A stretch of DNA of 64,000 nucleotides from Lytechinus pictus (lineage: Eukaryota). Below, piece after piece: positions 13,101 to 24,072 of this stretch. The translations under genes and the position numbers were made by a program. Under the pieces are notes generated by a model that saw nothing but the letters and a program-made list of their open reading frames with translations, did not search any database and was not told the DNA's origin. The first letter of the stretch is position 1; every line of letters starts with the position of its first letter. Where the stretch lies: assembly GCF_037042905.1 (NCBI RefSeq), contig NC_087251.1, positions 41,480,001 to 41,544,000 of the forward strand, given 5' to 3'.

Positions 13101-16100
13101 TTGTTTGAACAGCCGTAATAGATCTGGTTCTGATGGCTTGCTAGCTACGTCTATGATGCGGAATACAAGGTTTATCCATCGCTTCTAACTCCTGCTTACA
13201 GTTTGGCTCTAAACCACTTTCTCTCTCCTTTCGCTCTGTAGTTATCACATATTTGCCAGGCAAATGTATGTGTAACATCTTTCTTTATTTAAAAATCGCC
13301 TTTCTTGTCTGGCTTTCATGGTTCTTCTGGTGCTTTTATCATTGTCGTACTTGTGTTCTCCTTTTCCATATGCCATTTCATTCATTTATAAAAACAGTTT
13401 GAGTGTCAGAAATATGGCTTTATATTTGGTTTTCCATGATTGGTTCCTGTCAAGTTGAAAAGTGTGTGCTTGTTTTGAATATTATGTTTACATAGGATAT
13501 TAATTTGTGATTCTAATAAACATGTATGTATGTTTTTACTTCATTGTAAAGCTGCAAGTTCAATTTACATGCTTACTTTTTATGTGATTGAATTGAATTG
13601 AATTTATTCAAACCAGTCAAAGGAGAACAAAATACAAACAAAATAAATGGTTACATTATAAAGAACTAAAACAAATGGCAGGTTTGGGACCCCAAAGAAG
13701 CACAGCTTGTAATCAGGGGCCCCTGCATTAGATATTTTACTCAAACATGGAATAACTATGAATAGAAGAAAAAAAAATACAAGGTATTTAAAGATCACAA
13801 CAGGAACACTACCCACACGCAAGCATACACACACTCACACAGACAAACACACACATTCACACTCCAAACATGTCACCCCCAGGTGCAACTAACAACTGGT
13901 CTTAAATTTATCAAGTAGGTATTTATGACATAATTTCTTAAACCGAGATAGGGTACTGCTACTTCTTATATCAGCAGGACACATATTCCATTCTTTAACG
14001 CAAATTGTTCTAAAGGATTTCAATGTAGCATTAATTCTAGCATAGGGTTGGTGAATAAGATGTCTCTGACGTGTGTTATAATTATGAATCTTAGAATTAA
14101 CCACAAAAGTTTCTTGTAAAAAAGAACAATGCAGGGATTGGTATTTATGTGATTGAATTGTTTAATTGTTGTGTGCTGTGATGTAAGTTTACATAATTTA
14201 TTTCAGGATAAGCAGTCCTTAAGATGTGATAGAAATTATGAGAAATAAATATAAACAATGAAAACAAAAATTTCAATGAAAGTGTTAGTATTGATCAAGC
14301 AATGACAAAGCTCAAAATATCTGTACTAATCTATATTCTAATAATAATAATAAATTTAATTTAATAGGCACTATATCCATCTTGTGAGAGGTGCTCAAGG
14401 TGCACAAGTGAAGGGGGGAGCAAAAAAAATAACAAAGGAATTTTATACTGAAAAAAAAAGATCATTGATAAAAAGAGTTATGGAGTTAAGTTTTTAGCTT
14501 GATCTTAAATGTTTCGTCACACTTGCTATCCCGGATCTCTCGTGGGAGGGAATTCCATGGCGAGGGCCCCGCATAGATGAATGCCCTTCCCCCCACTTTG
14601 TTTTACATTTTGGAACTGATAGAAAACCAGAGTCACTGGAGCATAGAAGCCTAGAAACCAAAAGGTTAAGATATGCCCTTAAAAAATGTTATTAATATTT
14701 TGATTGATATCAAACTCATATTTAGGTGATGGTAACTTGACATTTCCCTTTCATGTCCCTGCTTAAATGAGATAAGTACCATAAATTGTACAGTGTATAC
14801 ATGAAAGTGTTTCACAACCTCCAAAAAATAAGAATGCGGTTTGTAGCTTTGCATCATTACCCCCTCCTCAGTGCAACAATAATCCAGTATTTTAAAACAA
14901 GGAAAAAGAAAAACAAAGATATCTGATGATTTTCCAGTGATTCAATCGCTTGCTGCATGCACTTATTCATGCTTCCATGCAATAAACATGGTTTCATCAT
15001 TGATGCCTTTCATGAAAAAAAATAACTTCACTGATTTTTTTTTGTGGTTGATTTTGAAATAAAAACATTAATGACCTTATCTTATGAAATTGTTTGACAG
15101 TGTCAGTTTGAAGTGGGCTTTAAAGGTAAAAAAATATATAAGCATTGCTTCTTTTGTATACAGTAGGCCATGTCCATTTTCATCTTTATGTCTGTATGAA
15201 TAGCTTAAAGGGGAATGAAACCTTTGGAATAAGTAGGCTTGTATGGAAACAGAAAAATCAAAGAATAAGAACAAAGAAAGTTTGAGAAAAATCGGATAAA
15301 TAATGAGAAAGTTATGAGCATTTGAATATTGCAATCACTAATGCTATGGAGATCTTCCCATTGACAATGCGACAAGGATGTGTGATGTCACATGTGAACA
15401 ACTTTCCCTTTGATGGACTATAAAATACCCTCAAAATGTCTCTTTCTGCTTTTTCTTGTGGTGATACAAACTCTTTATCTATGATGTATTCTTAAAAAAT
15501 CTGTATTACATGCCCTCCTTTAGAAAGAACACATGATCTACTGATAGATGTGATAAAAGAGGCAGTTTAAGTGAAATATATACTAAAGTAATGGGGAAAG
15601 TTGTTTACAAGTGACATCACACGTCTTTGTCGCATTGCCAATTTGAGAATCTCCATAGCATTAGTGATCACAATATTCAAATGCTCATAACTTTCTCATT
15701 ATTTGTCCAATTTTTCTCAAACTTTTGTTGATCTGTTTCTTTGATTTTTCTGTTTTCACACAATATATCTTGTTCCAAATGGTTTCATTCTCCTTTAACA
15801 TGCAGACTGTTTGCAGTGAGACACGGTTCCCTAACAACTCATCTCTGTGACTGTACATACTAATGGAAGTATATTATTATCATTTTGTTTGACAGAACTA
15901 CAAGGGTTCTAGAATACAGTAGTTCCTTATCATCTCCTACAGCCAGCAGTGCAGCTAAAAGATCAACTAGTGGAACACATGTATCAGGTATGCACTATCT
16001 GCAAGGATATGGGAGTTCAGCTTGAAGCTGATTTCAGCTACCCCCCCCCCCCCCCCAGCTTATTCTCAGCTGCTTGTGTACTTTGGTTGTACAAAAGTAT

Positions 16101-19100
16101 TAGAGCTTTTGAAATTTCTGTGATGTTCATATTTGGTCACTCACCTATTTGTATCTGATGAAGGAGGGGAGAAGAAAGGGGGGGGGGAGGATGGGGGAGT
16201 AGTGAAGAGGAAGGAGGAGAAGAGGAAGTAGGAGGGTAATGCACTTAGTAGGAAGAAGGAGTAGAAAGAGAGAAGAGGAGGAGGAGAAAGGGTGAGAAAG
16301 AGAGAGGGAGAAAGAGGAGAAGGAAGAAAGAACAGGAAGAGGAGGAGGGTGGAGGGTGGTGCACTAAGTAGGAAGAAGGAGTAGAAAGAGGAGAAAGGAT
16401 GAGAAAGAGAAAGGGAGAAAGAGGAGGAGGAGGAGAAGAAGAAAGGAGAAGGAAGAGGGTGATACACTTAGTAGGAAGGAGGAGTAGAAAGAGAGAAGAA
16501 GAGGAGGAGAAAGGATGAGAAAGAGAAAGAGGAGAAGAAAGGAGAAGGAAGAGGAGAGGGTGGAGGAGATGCACTTAGTAGGATGAAGGAGTAGAAAGAG
16601 CGAAGAAGAGGAGGAGAAAGGATGAGAAAGAGAAAGGGAGAATGAGGAGAAGAAAGAGGAGGTGGTGTAGGGTGATGCACTTAGTAGGAAGAAGGAGTAG
16701 AAAGAGAGAATAAGAAGAGGAGAAAGGATGAGGAAGAGGAGGAGAAGGAAGAGGAGGTGGTGTAGGGTGATGCACTTAGTAGGAAGAAGGAGTAGAAAGA
16801 GAGAAGAAGAGGAGAAAGGATGAGAAAGAGATAGGGAGAAAGAGGAGGAGGAGAAGAAGAAAAAAGAAGGAGAAGGAAGAGGTGGAGGGTGATGCACTTA
16901 GTAGGAAGAAGGAGTAGAAAGAGAGAATAAGAAGAGGAGAAAGGATGAAAAGGGAATGAAAAGGGTGGTGAACATAAGCATGGAGGAATAGAAAAGAGAA
17001 AAAGGGAGGGGAGAACATTGAGAAGGAGGAGGGAAGAGGGAGGGGAGGAGGGAATAGGGAGGGGGGAGGGAAGGAAGAATAGAGAGTGGTTAATGTATAT
17101 CTAAGTCAGAAGTATACAAGAACTTGTGTAATTTCTTGCATTGTTAATACTCTCTAAATGACACGTATTCTTTCCTTGTTCAATGTTTATAGAATCCAGG
17201 AAGTCTTCAGCATCATCAGTCAGCTCAACTCGGTCCGGCAATTCTTCTTCTAGTCATCTATCAACTTCAACCTCTTCAACCAGAGTGTAAGATATGAGAC
17301 AATATTGTGATGTTAATAGGACGGTGTACTCATTGAGATGCTCTTAACCCTTATTAAACCAATTTACCCCCCCTCGACAAATTTCATCACTACGCCGCCG
17401 CACAATTTTTTTTACCGCGCCGCTCGCTTTCAAGTCTTGCGCATCTTTTGAGACCAAATTTGCGACGCCCGGGTACGCGGTTCCAAAATTAAGCAATAAT
17501 TTGTAAGTGCATGTCAGACCAAAAATTGCTCAAAAACATGATTCCTTGTACAAAGTCAATGCAAATAGTGTTTTTCAACCAAAAATCATAAATGTATGAT
17601 TATTTTTACTTTTGTTGGTTTAAATGGATTTATTTAAGTTATTTATGATCGCAAAAGGGTCCCCGACAAATTTTAAATTTTGAAAATTTTACTATACAGT
17701 CTTGTAGCTTACATCTGGCCCTACTCGCATGCAAATTCTCGCGGCGATTGCGCAATCAGCAGCCGAGATCTGAGGGGGGGGTCAGTATATCTTGGACTGA
17801 AAAAGCCGAGTTAAGATAAGGTTAAAGACTGTCCTTAACCCTAAAAGGAGGCTAAATACCCCCCCCCCCCACACACACACATACAAAATTGATATTTTTC
17901 TATTTATTACTCATTAAATTTTGTGCCTTCCTATTTCACTCATTATGTGCAAGATCAAGTTCACTTTTGCTTGGCATACAGATTCAAAGCTTCACATGGT
18001 TTGGTGCTAGCATGTTGGAACTTATAAAAACTGCTTGAAAACATTATTTCTTGAGAAATATTTGTGAAATGTCAATGCCAGTAATGTTTTTGTTTAATAT
18101 TATCTTTTTGAAAACATTTGGAGAAGGTGTGTCTATCAGGATCCCAAGTATATCAGAATATAGATTATTGAGACAACTTGACATATGATCAGTATGATTA
18201 TAAAAGAAAAATGAACTCTCTGGCCAGTGTTCTGAAGTCAGGTTTAAAGGGGAATCCAACCCAAATAAAAACTTGTTGTTATAAGGAAAAGATAAATCAG
18301 ACAAGTTGATAGCTGAAAGTTTGAACAATATTGGACAAACAACAAGAAAGTTATTGAATTTTTAAAAGTTGTAAATATTGGTAATCACTATACCCATGGA
18401 GACTTCAAATTGGCCAGATATGGGATGTCATAGTGATGTAAGGCAAGGACTACTCTTCCATGTACTCCAATACATATTATGGCTAAAATGTCATTTTTCC
18501 CAAAAGTTTTATTTCAAATTATATTTTTCTTTCATGAGGACATAAAACAATATACTACCTGGGTTATATTTAGATTACTGCCCCAGGGGAATGGGTACTT
18601 AGGAGAAAACCACAAATCCCTGATAATAAAGTACATGGCTTATGGGAAAGTTGTCCTTGCCCCTTGTCATAATTTACTTACCCAGTTGCCAATTTGAAAT
18701 CTACATAGTATTAGTGATCTCAATTTTAAAACAGCTATAACTTTCTTATTGCTTGTCTGATTTCTTTCAAATTTTCACCATTCTGTTTAATTCATTTTTC
18801 TCCTTCCCAACACAAGATTTTATGGCCAAGGCTGGATTCCCCTTTAACTTAGACCACAGTCTAATTCTAAAATTATGGGGAGCCAAAAATTCTGTTTATA
18901 TTGTATATATCTTATGTTTACTAATTTATTTCCTTTTGCTTTCATAATGAAGAAAAATACTTCAAAATACATGTACTATAGTTATTCCCATACAATTATG
19001 AACTATTTGGGTGTCATATGATAGTAAATTGGATTTGTGCCCCAATTAGCTCTTCATAGTTAAGCCACAACTTTAAACCAGGGTTTAATTCAAACCCGAG

Positions 19101-19312
19101 TTCAGAATACAGGCCATGGAAATTTTGAGAATTGTGTCAATAAGTATCTCAAATACATGTGCATTACCGGTAGAATGAAGATTATTTTAATAACTTAACT
19201 CATAATTGAGGAGTATTATTTTAAAGAAAGAAAATTCTCTTCATAGAATTCTTAACAGTATACCTTTTTTTTTTTTTTTTTCTTCAGGAGGAAGTCCACA
19301 CACAAGACTTGA
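953..19312 (+). CDS. PPP4R4: Serine/threonine-protein phosphatase 4 regulatory subunit 4, 3' portion (5' exons lie upstream of the window). join(953-1135,1865-1970,3773-3920,4905-5049,6116-6157,6860-7100,8360-8689,12122-12260,13113-13169,15896-15987,17193-17286,19288-19312)
   Basis: Manual splicing with AG/GT boundaries and matching phases gives 1602 nt, or 533 aa plus TGA. Peptides DLIPAILAAESRA..WRLH..LEKLACLP..LTSDQI, ALPIQHAAARTLC, FSKSFFKDNFMEPLMDLTADPVPNIRLKMCSLLP and RRLLSSEKDKDV..ELDRI closely match my recollection of the HEAT-repeat region of human PPP4R4. The Ser-rich tail exons are inferred from phase and composition. Confidence 0.92.
1865..1970 (+). CDS. PPP4R4: PPP4R4 exon (RALPIQHAAARTLCVLMRNCRKLDHRQDMVAKLIH)
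   Basis: ttcag|AGA...CATG|gtaagt, 106 nt, phase 0-1. Confidence 0.93.
2681..3395. mobile_element. piggyBac-like MITE
   Basis: TTAA on both sides (2677-2680, 3396-3399) and CCCT...AGGG termini; a second copy lies in reverse orientation at 17348-17821. Confidence 0.8.
3773..3920 (+). CDS. PPP4R4: PPP4R4 exon (ECCRSKSSRYRRLYIDICVIVMEMFSKSFFKDNFMEPLMDLTADPVPNIR)
   Basis: tttatag|AG...ATCAG|gtatgt, 148 nt, phase 1-2. Confidence 0.92.
3858..4730 (+). repeat. 76-bp tandem repeat, ~11.5 copies, made from the PPP4R4 exon end plus splice donor
   Basis: Units start at 3858, 3934, 4010 ... 4694; consensus CTTCAAGGAGAATTTCATGGAGCCATTGATGGATCTCATAGCGGATCCTGTTCCTAATATTAGGTATGTAACAGGG. Confidence 0.97.
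4905..5049 (+). CDS. PPP4R4: PPP4R4 exon (LKMCSLLPRIKHQMKLPEDRENLQALELVVRRLLSSEKDKDVDVAIRQ)
   Basis: tgtcag|G...CAA|gtgagt, 145 nt; overlaps ORF 4912..5127. Confidence 0.93.
5086..5629. mobile_element. Palindromic MITE (AGGTCAAGTCCACC family, Kolobok-like), right end truncated
   Basis: Long imperfect inverted repeats; same family as the full copy at 28103-28635 and the fragment at 43907-44058. Confidence 0.7.
6116..6157 (+). CDS. PPP4R4: PPP4R4 exon (AVFELDRIQVHVDS)
   Basis: Long pyrimidine tract, tgcag|GCT...TCA|gtaagt, 42 nt. Confidence 0.9.
6860..7100 (+). CDS. PPP4R4: PPP4R4 exon, charged/coiled-coil region (LNMSQYYEDDMQDRKKEAEERSMMEIE...SSRK)
   Basis: ttctag|CTG...AAAG|gtttgt, 241 nt; ORF 6866..7153. 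Confidence 0.88.
8360..8689 (+). CDS. PPP4R4: PPP4R4 Ser-rich exon with four internal ~20-aa repeats
   Basis: tttgcag|TG...AGAG|gtatga, 330 nt, phase 1-1; ORF 8359..8742. Confidence 0.82.
9070..9391. mobile_element. Inverted pair of Penelope-like (pLTR) / retrozyme-like terminal repeats
   Basis: 132-bp arms (9070-9201 / 9260-9391) with 2 mismatches; CCAAT at 9251, TATAAAA at 9271, hammerhead motif; possible TSD TTGATTAT at 9048-9055 and 9394-9401. Confidence 0.7.
9303..9345 (+). ncRNA. Minimal type I hammerhead ribozyme
   Basis: Stem I ATTGC/GCAAT, core CTGACGA (9308-9314), stem II GACT/AGTC, GAAA (9333-9336), palindromic ACGT mini-stem III, cleavage triplet GTC (9338-9340). Confidence 0.75.
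12122..12260 (+). CDS. PPP4R4: PPP4R4 exon (ASHKAQKAPKSEVSSAPPSRTSTRAGKKSPSATLLEPNNNVKSTT)
   Basis: ctatag|CT...ACAAG|gtaagg, 139 nt, phase 1-2, open frame. Confidence 0.82.
13113..13169 (+). CDS. PPP4R4: PPP4R4 probable cassette exon (SRNRSGSDGLLATSMMRNT)
   Basis: tttgaacag|C...AAG|gtttat, 57 nt, symmetric phase 2-2, weak donor. Confidence 0.6.
13596..14143 (-). mobile_element. 5'-truncated LINE (CR1/L2-group, Crack/Daphne-like) 3' end
   Basis: ORF2 C-terminal-like peptide HNYNTRQ...SFRTICVKEWNMCPADIRSSSTLSRFKK, an AATAAA(TTCAA)n tail, and a 17-bp direct repeat TTTATGTGATTGAATTG at 13579-13595 and 14144-14160. Confidence 0.8.
14340..14665 (-). mobile_element. L2-like LINE 3' fragment
   Basis: Degenerate frame RAFIYAGPSPWNSLPREIR...FKIKLKT, with a (TTA)n tail. 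Confidence 0.65.
15209..15794. mobile_element. Palindromic MITE, TTAA TSD, AGGGGAATG termini (Kolobok-like)
   Basis: ttaa|AGGGGAATGAAACC...GGTTTCATTCTCCT|ttaa with ~200-bp TIRs; second copy at 21043-21596. Confidence 0.8.
15896..15987 (+). CDS. PPP4R4: PPP4R4 exon (TTRVLEYSSSLSSPTASSAAKRSTSGTHVS)
   Basis: tttgacag|A...TCAG|gtatgc, 92 nt, phase 2-1. Confidence 0.82.
16160..17085 (+). repeat. Polypurine (GGA/GAA) minisatellite with ~95-120-bp unit
   Basis: Anchor GATGCACTTAGTAGGAAGAAGGAGTAGAAAGAG recurs near 16240, 16360, 16463, 16569, 16675, 16770 and 16891. Confidence 0.9.
17193..17286 (+). CDS. PPP4R4: PPP4R4 exon (ESRKSSASSVSSTRSGNSSSSHLSTSTSSTR)
   Basis: tttatag|AA...AGAGT|gtaaga, 94 nt, phase 1-2. 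Confidence 0.8.
17348..17821. mobile_element. piggyBac-like MITE (deleted reverse copy of 2681-3395)
   Basis: TTAA flanks; shares the CGCGGCGATTGCGCAATCAGCAGCCGAGATCTGAGGGGG block. Confidence 0.78.
18248..18843. mobile_element. Kolobok-like MITE nested in a Harbinger-like MITE (~18221-19116)
   Basis: ttaa|AGGGGAATCCA...TGGATTCCCCT|ttaa; the joined flanks match the uninterrupted copy at 53751-54053. Confidence 0.78.
19288..19312 (+). CDS. PPP4R4: PPP4R4 last coding exon (VRKSTHKT*)
   Basis: Long T tract then ttcag|G AGG AAG TCC ACA CAC AAG ACT TGA; the phase matches the previous exon. Confidence 0.78.
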
Positions 19313-21042
19313 TGAGAAATGGAATCTACTTCTAATATATCCTACATATCTGCTACAGGAACAAACTGCCATATGAAGAGTGAATGTGTGTATGACAGTG
19401 TGAACCAATGTTACAGTGACCAGTCATTCATGCCATATTTGAGATGACTGACATGGAGGGATATTAAATGTCAAGTTGACGGACCTTAGACAGTCTGACA
19501 GGGACATAGTGGTCATGTCATGTCTTGACTTATCTGACGAGTAGCAGTGACTAAGGAATGCTGTACACTGCTATCATGTTAGCATTTGTGCATTTTGACG
19601 GAATTACATTTCGGGGATAACTGAGGAGCGATCGTGAGAGGAGTTGTCTGATGTTCCATCTGCTGAGTCTGCTTGATTAGACAGTTACCATAGTAACAGT
19701 CAGACAGACGCCTATGCTGCTCAGCCCTTCAAAATTAAGGAAATTTACCGGATTTGTCAGATGATAATTGTTGATGAAATACACTCTGATCCAGGCATCT
19801 GCGTTAACAGTGATGTAGGCTTTATCATAAAGCTCTTTGTGTGGAATTATTCCCCTTGGATTAGCTTTTTCCATGTTGATAGAATATTAGTGGGAGACAA
19901 AATTAAATAATGTAATCTTTGATGTAACAAATGCCTGTGCATGTGATCTTACATACTTTGTTCTCACCACTTCAACAAATCATCATGTCGCCAAGGGGAA
20001 AAAGTGGTAGTTCTGATTTTTTCATTCATTTTTCCAGTTCATATTTGGAAAAATATCACCATTTTATTACAAAAATGCAGCTTTATTATGCAAATGGCAT
20101 AAGCAACAAATTATGTGATGAATGTGCTACAAGTCACATTACAGCACTTAATTCCTGATCACTGTTTTGCACAATTTTCCATGATGTTGAGAATGATTTG
20201 AAGTGGATGAAAAATATATTCCCCCATATGTTTGCGGCAATGGGCAAATTTATTAGAATATCGTTTTGCACGTTGCAGAAGTCAAATAATATAAATTATT
20301 CAATAATTTTTTTCATCATACTCCATTTCAAAATAATTTTTTTTCTAGTCTAATTCATAATATAAATATACCATGATTCATCTGAATGATAAAAGCTGTA
20401 TTTACCTTTTCAGGCACAGTTTGGTTCAGTCTTTAGAAGAATAATTGTTTTACTAAAATAATATTAGAAATCAAAACGAGGATGAATGAACTTGCAACAA
20501 TGATATTATACAGGAATTTCTGGCTTATATGTTGTGAGCAGTGATCATCACAGGAAAGTTTAAATCGACATATTTATTTATTAATTTTTGTTGTGTGTTC
20601 TCTGTAATGTATGAAATGCAGTTATCAAAAAAAGCCTTCATTAATCCATTAGTTAAAATGCTTGTTATCACCACGTAAAATTTATTAAATGTTACTTTAT
20701 ATTCGTAATATTTTGATGAGAAGGAAGAGAGGGGAGAAAGAGAAGCTCTCTGATAATTTATAGTAGTTGGCTCGTAGTGTTGATCTTATAGGCTGCCATT
20801 CAAGTTGTGTGTGTGTATGGGTGGGTGTGTGTGTGTGTGTGTGGTTTTCAACATTTTCTTTCAATTCTTGCCATGTAAAGAATATGTTGGTTTTTGCCAA
20901 TTTGAACAGAAATTATCAGAAATCTGATGCATTGAGTCCAATGGTGTGCATCGGATGGATAAATAGGCCTGTGTTTTGAAGTCAGGGGTTTAAAAGTAGA
21001 GGTTCAATGTATCAGCCCATTTGACTTGCAAGTCATTCTAAA

Positions 21043-21596
21043 AGGGGAATGAAACTCTTGGAAAAAGTTAAGCTTGTGTGGAAACAGAAAATCAAAGAAT
21101 AAGATCAAAGAAAGTTTGAGAAAAAATTGACAATAATGAGAAAGTTATGAACATTTGAATATTACGATCCCTAATGCTATGGAGATCCTCCCATTGATAA
21201 AGATGTGTGATGTCACATGTGGGCAACTTTCCCTTTGATGGACTATAAAATACCCCCAAAATGTCTCTTTCTGCTCTTTCTTATGGTGATACAATCTCTT
21301 TATCCATGATGTATTCTTTGAAAATCTGCATTACATACCCTCCTATAGAAAGAATACATGATCTACTGATAGATGTGATAAAAGAGGCAGATTAAGTGAA
21401 ATATATACACAAGTAATGGGAAAGTTGTTCACATGTGACATCACACGTAATTGTTGCATTGCCAATAGGAGGATCTACATTACAATGATGATATGAACTG
21501 TAAATGCTCATAACTTATTATTTATTCATTGTTTCTCAAACTTGAGATTTTTCTGTTTTTGCAGAAGCTATCTTGTTCCAAAGATTTCATTTTCCT
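21043..21596. mobile_element. Kolobok-like MITE, copy of 15209-15794
   Basis: End-to-end similarity to 15209-15794. Confidence 0.8.
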
Positions 21597-21729
21597 TTAA
21601 CTGTTTGAGAAGGATAAATAAGATAGTTGTCTTATGATAAACATAATATACATAAATTTGCAAAGCGCAGCTTTTATATAAATATACTCAGTTAGATAAA
21701 TTATATGTGTACAAGGCAATTTTCTAAAT

Positions 21730-21880
21730 TAAAGAGAAATGTTTCCAATTTCTATTTGAAGATAGCAAGTGATGGAAAACTTCTTAGGCCATGTCAATTG
21801 ACAGGCTATTCCATAGTTTGGGGGTAGCAATTGCAAATGCGCAATTGCCGAGTGCGATGTTTTGTGAAAGGGAATCTTCC
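21730..21880 (-). mobile_element. L2-like LINE 3' remnant
   Basis: Degenerate frame LGNCAFAIATPKLWNSLSID...FK*KLETFLF. Confidence 0.55.
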
Positions 21881-23220
21881 CTATTAACAAATTAGGGAGG
21901 AGCATGTTAAACATAAGAAACATACAATGAAATCAAAATGTTGACATTTTTGGCTTTCTATAATTTCAGCAAATAATTAGACCATGGTATAAGTTAAATA
22001 GAATACGGGCCATAGAGTACAATTAAAACTATTGTGTATAAAGAATACCACATCATATCATAGGAATTCTCAGTTATCTGGTAGGGCAGGGGGGGGGGGG
22101 AATGTCCAGTGTATATGTCCTGAAGGCTCTCCAACTTCAATCCAACTAGAATTCTAATTCCACTATATTTCATTCTTTGTTACTTCCTGAATGGTGAATT
22201 TAATGATAAGCAATTTTTATGTGATATTTGATAATCCTAGGTTTGAGAGTAAGCAAGCAATTACTGTTGGTGAAGGTGATTGCCAAGGGATTGATGGAAC
22301 AAAAAAATTTAGGGTCAATGACCTCTTGATTATGAACGTACTCAAGACTAATTTTTAAGGCTTTATGACCTTATGGGCTGAAGTGATCAGTGAAACCCAA
22401 AAGTACCATGACTGCGAGTGATGGGGGAAACTACCTTTTTTCACATGACTGACTTTTGACCAATCCTGTAGCAAGATTCTTAGTATGCGGAATATAATAA
22501 ATAGTACTTATGCCTTTGAAGTAATAATTGTTTCTGTTGAAATTGTCTCATATTTTGTCACACATGCTTGGGGCTTCAAATAGAAATGATTATTATTTTC
22601 AGTTACTTTGATATTTTTTCTGTTGAAGTGGCTGCCTTTCTTTGTATCTCAACTACTTAAGTTAATTGCATTTGACATCAATGGGCACTTTAGAACTCTG
22701 AGTATGATTGAGATGAAGTGTATTCATTTTGTGCTTTTTGTCTTTCCTGTCATATAGACATGTATTGAAATTGTGCCTTGTCAATGTCCAAATGTGTGAA
22801 CTTAAATCCAATAATTGAAGGAAAAAAAAATTCAAAATCGTTTGTGCCTTAATATAAACATTGTCTTTATAACTCTGTAGAAACAATGTGCCTAACGTAT
22901 TCAATATTGAGGTTGCTAATTTTTTTAAAATACATATCAGGAAAAGTGAATGAATATATCAAGAATCTCACAATAATATCCAGTATGCTACTTACCGTTA
23001 TGAGCTGACATTCAGTACCGGTGGTCTAGTTAGAAACATCTGTGATTAAAGAGTGTTTGGTTTCTTTTTTTTTTCTCTACTTTTAGTCAGAAGAAGCAAT
23101 AGTTCATCTCAAAATCTTGCAGTGAAAGCCTTTGTAATTGTGTTTGAAAATTGTGGTTCTTATAATGTCATTTGTCTTGATATTTCACCACTAATAATAA
23201 GGAATCTAATTGTGATTTAA

Positions 23221-24072
23221 AGACCCAGACCAAACCCATAAGTGAAATTGGCAAATCATGTACAAATTCAAAGCTTGTAAACTGCAAAGCACAGCAATGC
23301 AAGCTTTATGCATTTTCACGACTTACCAGCTGAGTATTTTGCTAAAGAATAGCTCAAATTATCAGGCTTCAAAAATAGGCTTTCTCGTGCTTTTCACCAA
23401 CCTCAAAACCGTGACGTCATGTCGTGTTTGAAGCGATGTGATTCCATAGGTTTGTACCCAAAAGAATGGGTGATTTGTCTGCTTTTCAGATTACGTATTT
23501 TATTTTCTTCATTTCTATCACATAGAGATATCATAAAAATCTTTTCCTTCAAGCTTTAATTGATGAAATCTACAGCTTTGCAGTTTTTGCCAACATTTAA
23601 TTTCTCACTTATTTGGCGCAGCTATCCAAGTCTATCTGCATTCAGATTATGTGTAGAAGTTTTCCTGACATAGCAATTCAGGCCCAATCAGAGCCATACA
23701 AAGAAATTACAAAAAAAAAACCTAGTGCAGGTCTCCATCCATGTTAGGACTGAAAAAATATCAGTGCCATTTTCCTTTGAAAAAAAAAAAAAGAAACAAA
23801 TTCATGATCTGGAATTACCAAAATAATCTTTTCTATGTACGAACCTATTGGATCACAACCTCCAGACTCAATGTGAGGTCACGTAATTCAGGCTGTTAAG
23901 AAGCTTGATAAAGCCTATTAGTAGTATCTGTTAATTTGAGTTTTTCCTTGGGCAAACTACTCAGCTGTCAAGCAATGCATTTGCATAAAGCTGACTTTGT
24001 TGTACAATGTAGCTTTTATTACTATATTTCCCATTCGTCAATTTCACTTTAAGCTCCCGGCGTTCTGGGTCT
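23221..24072. mobile_element. Possible TTAA-flanked MITE
   Basis: ttaa|AGACCCAGA...AAGTGAAATTG mirrored by CAATTTCACTT...TCTGGGTCT|tcaa. Confidence 0.5.

Noticed and set aside
16141..17018. Stack of Leu/Phe/Ser/Pro ORFs on the - strand
   Set aside because: Translation artefacts of a polypurine minisatellite
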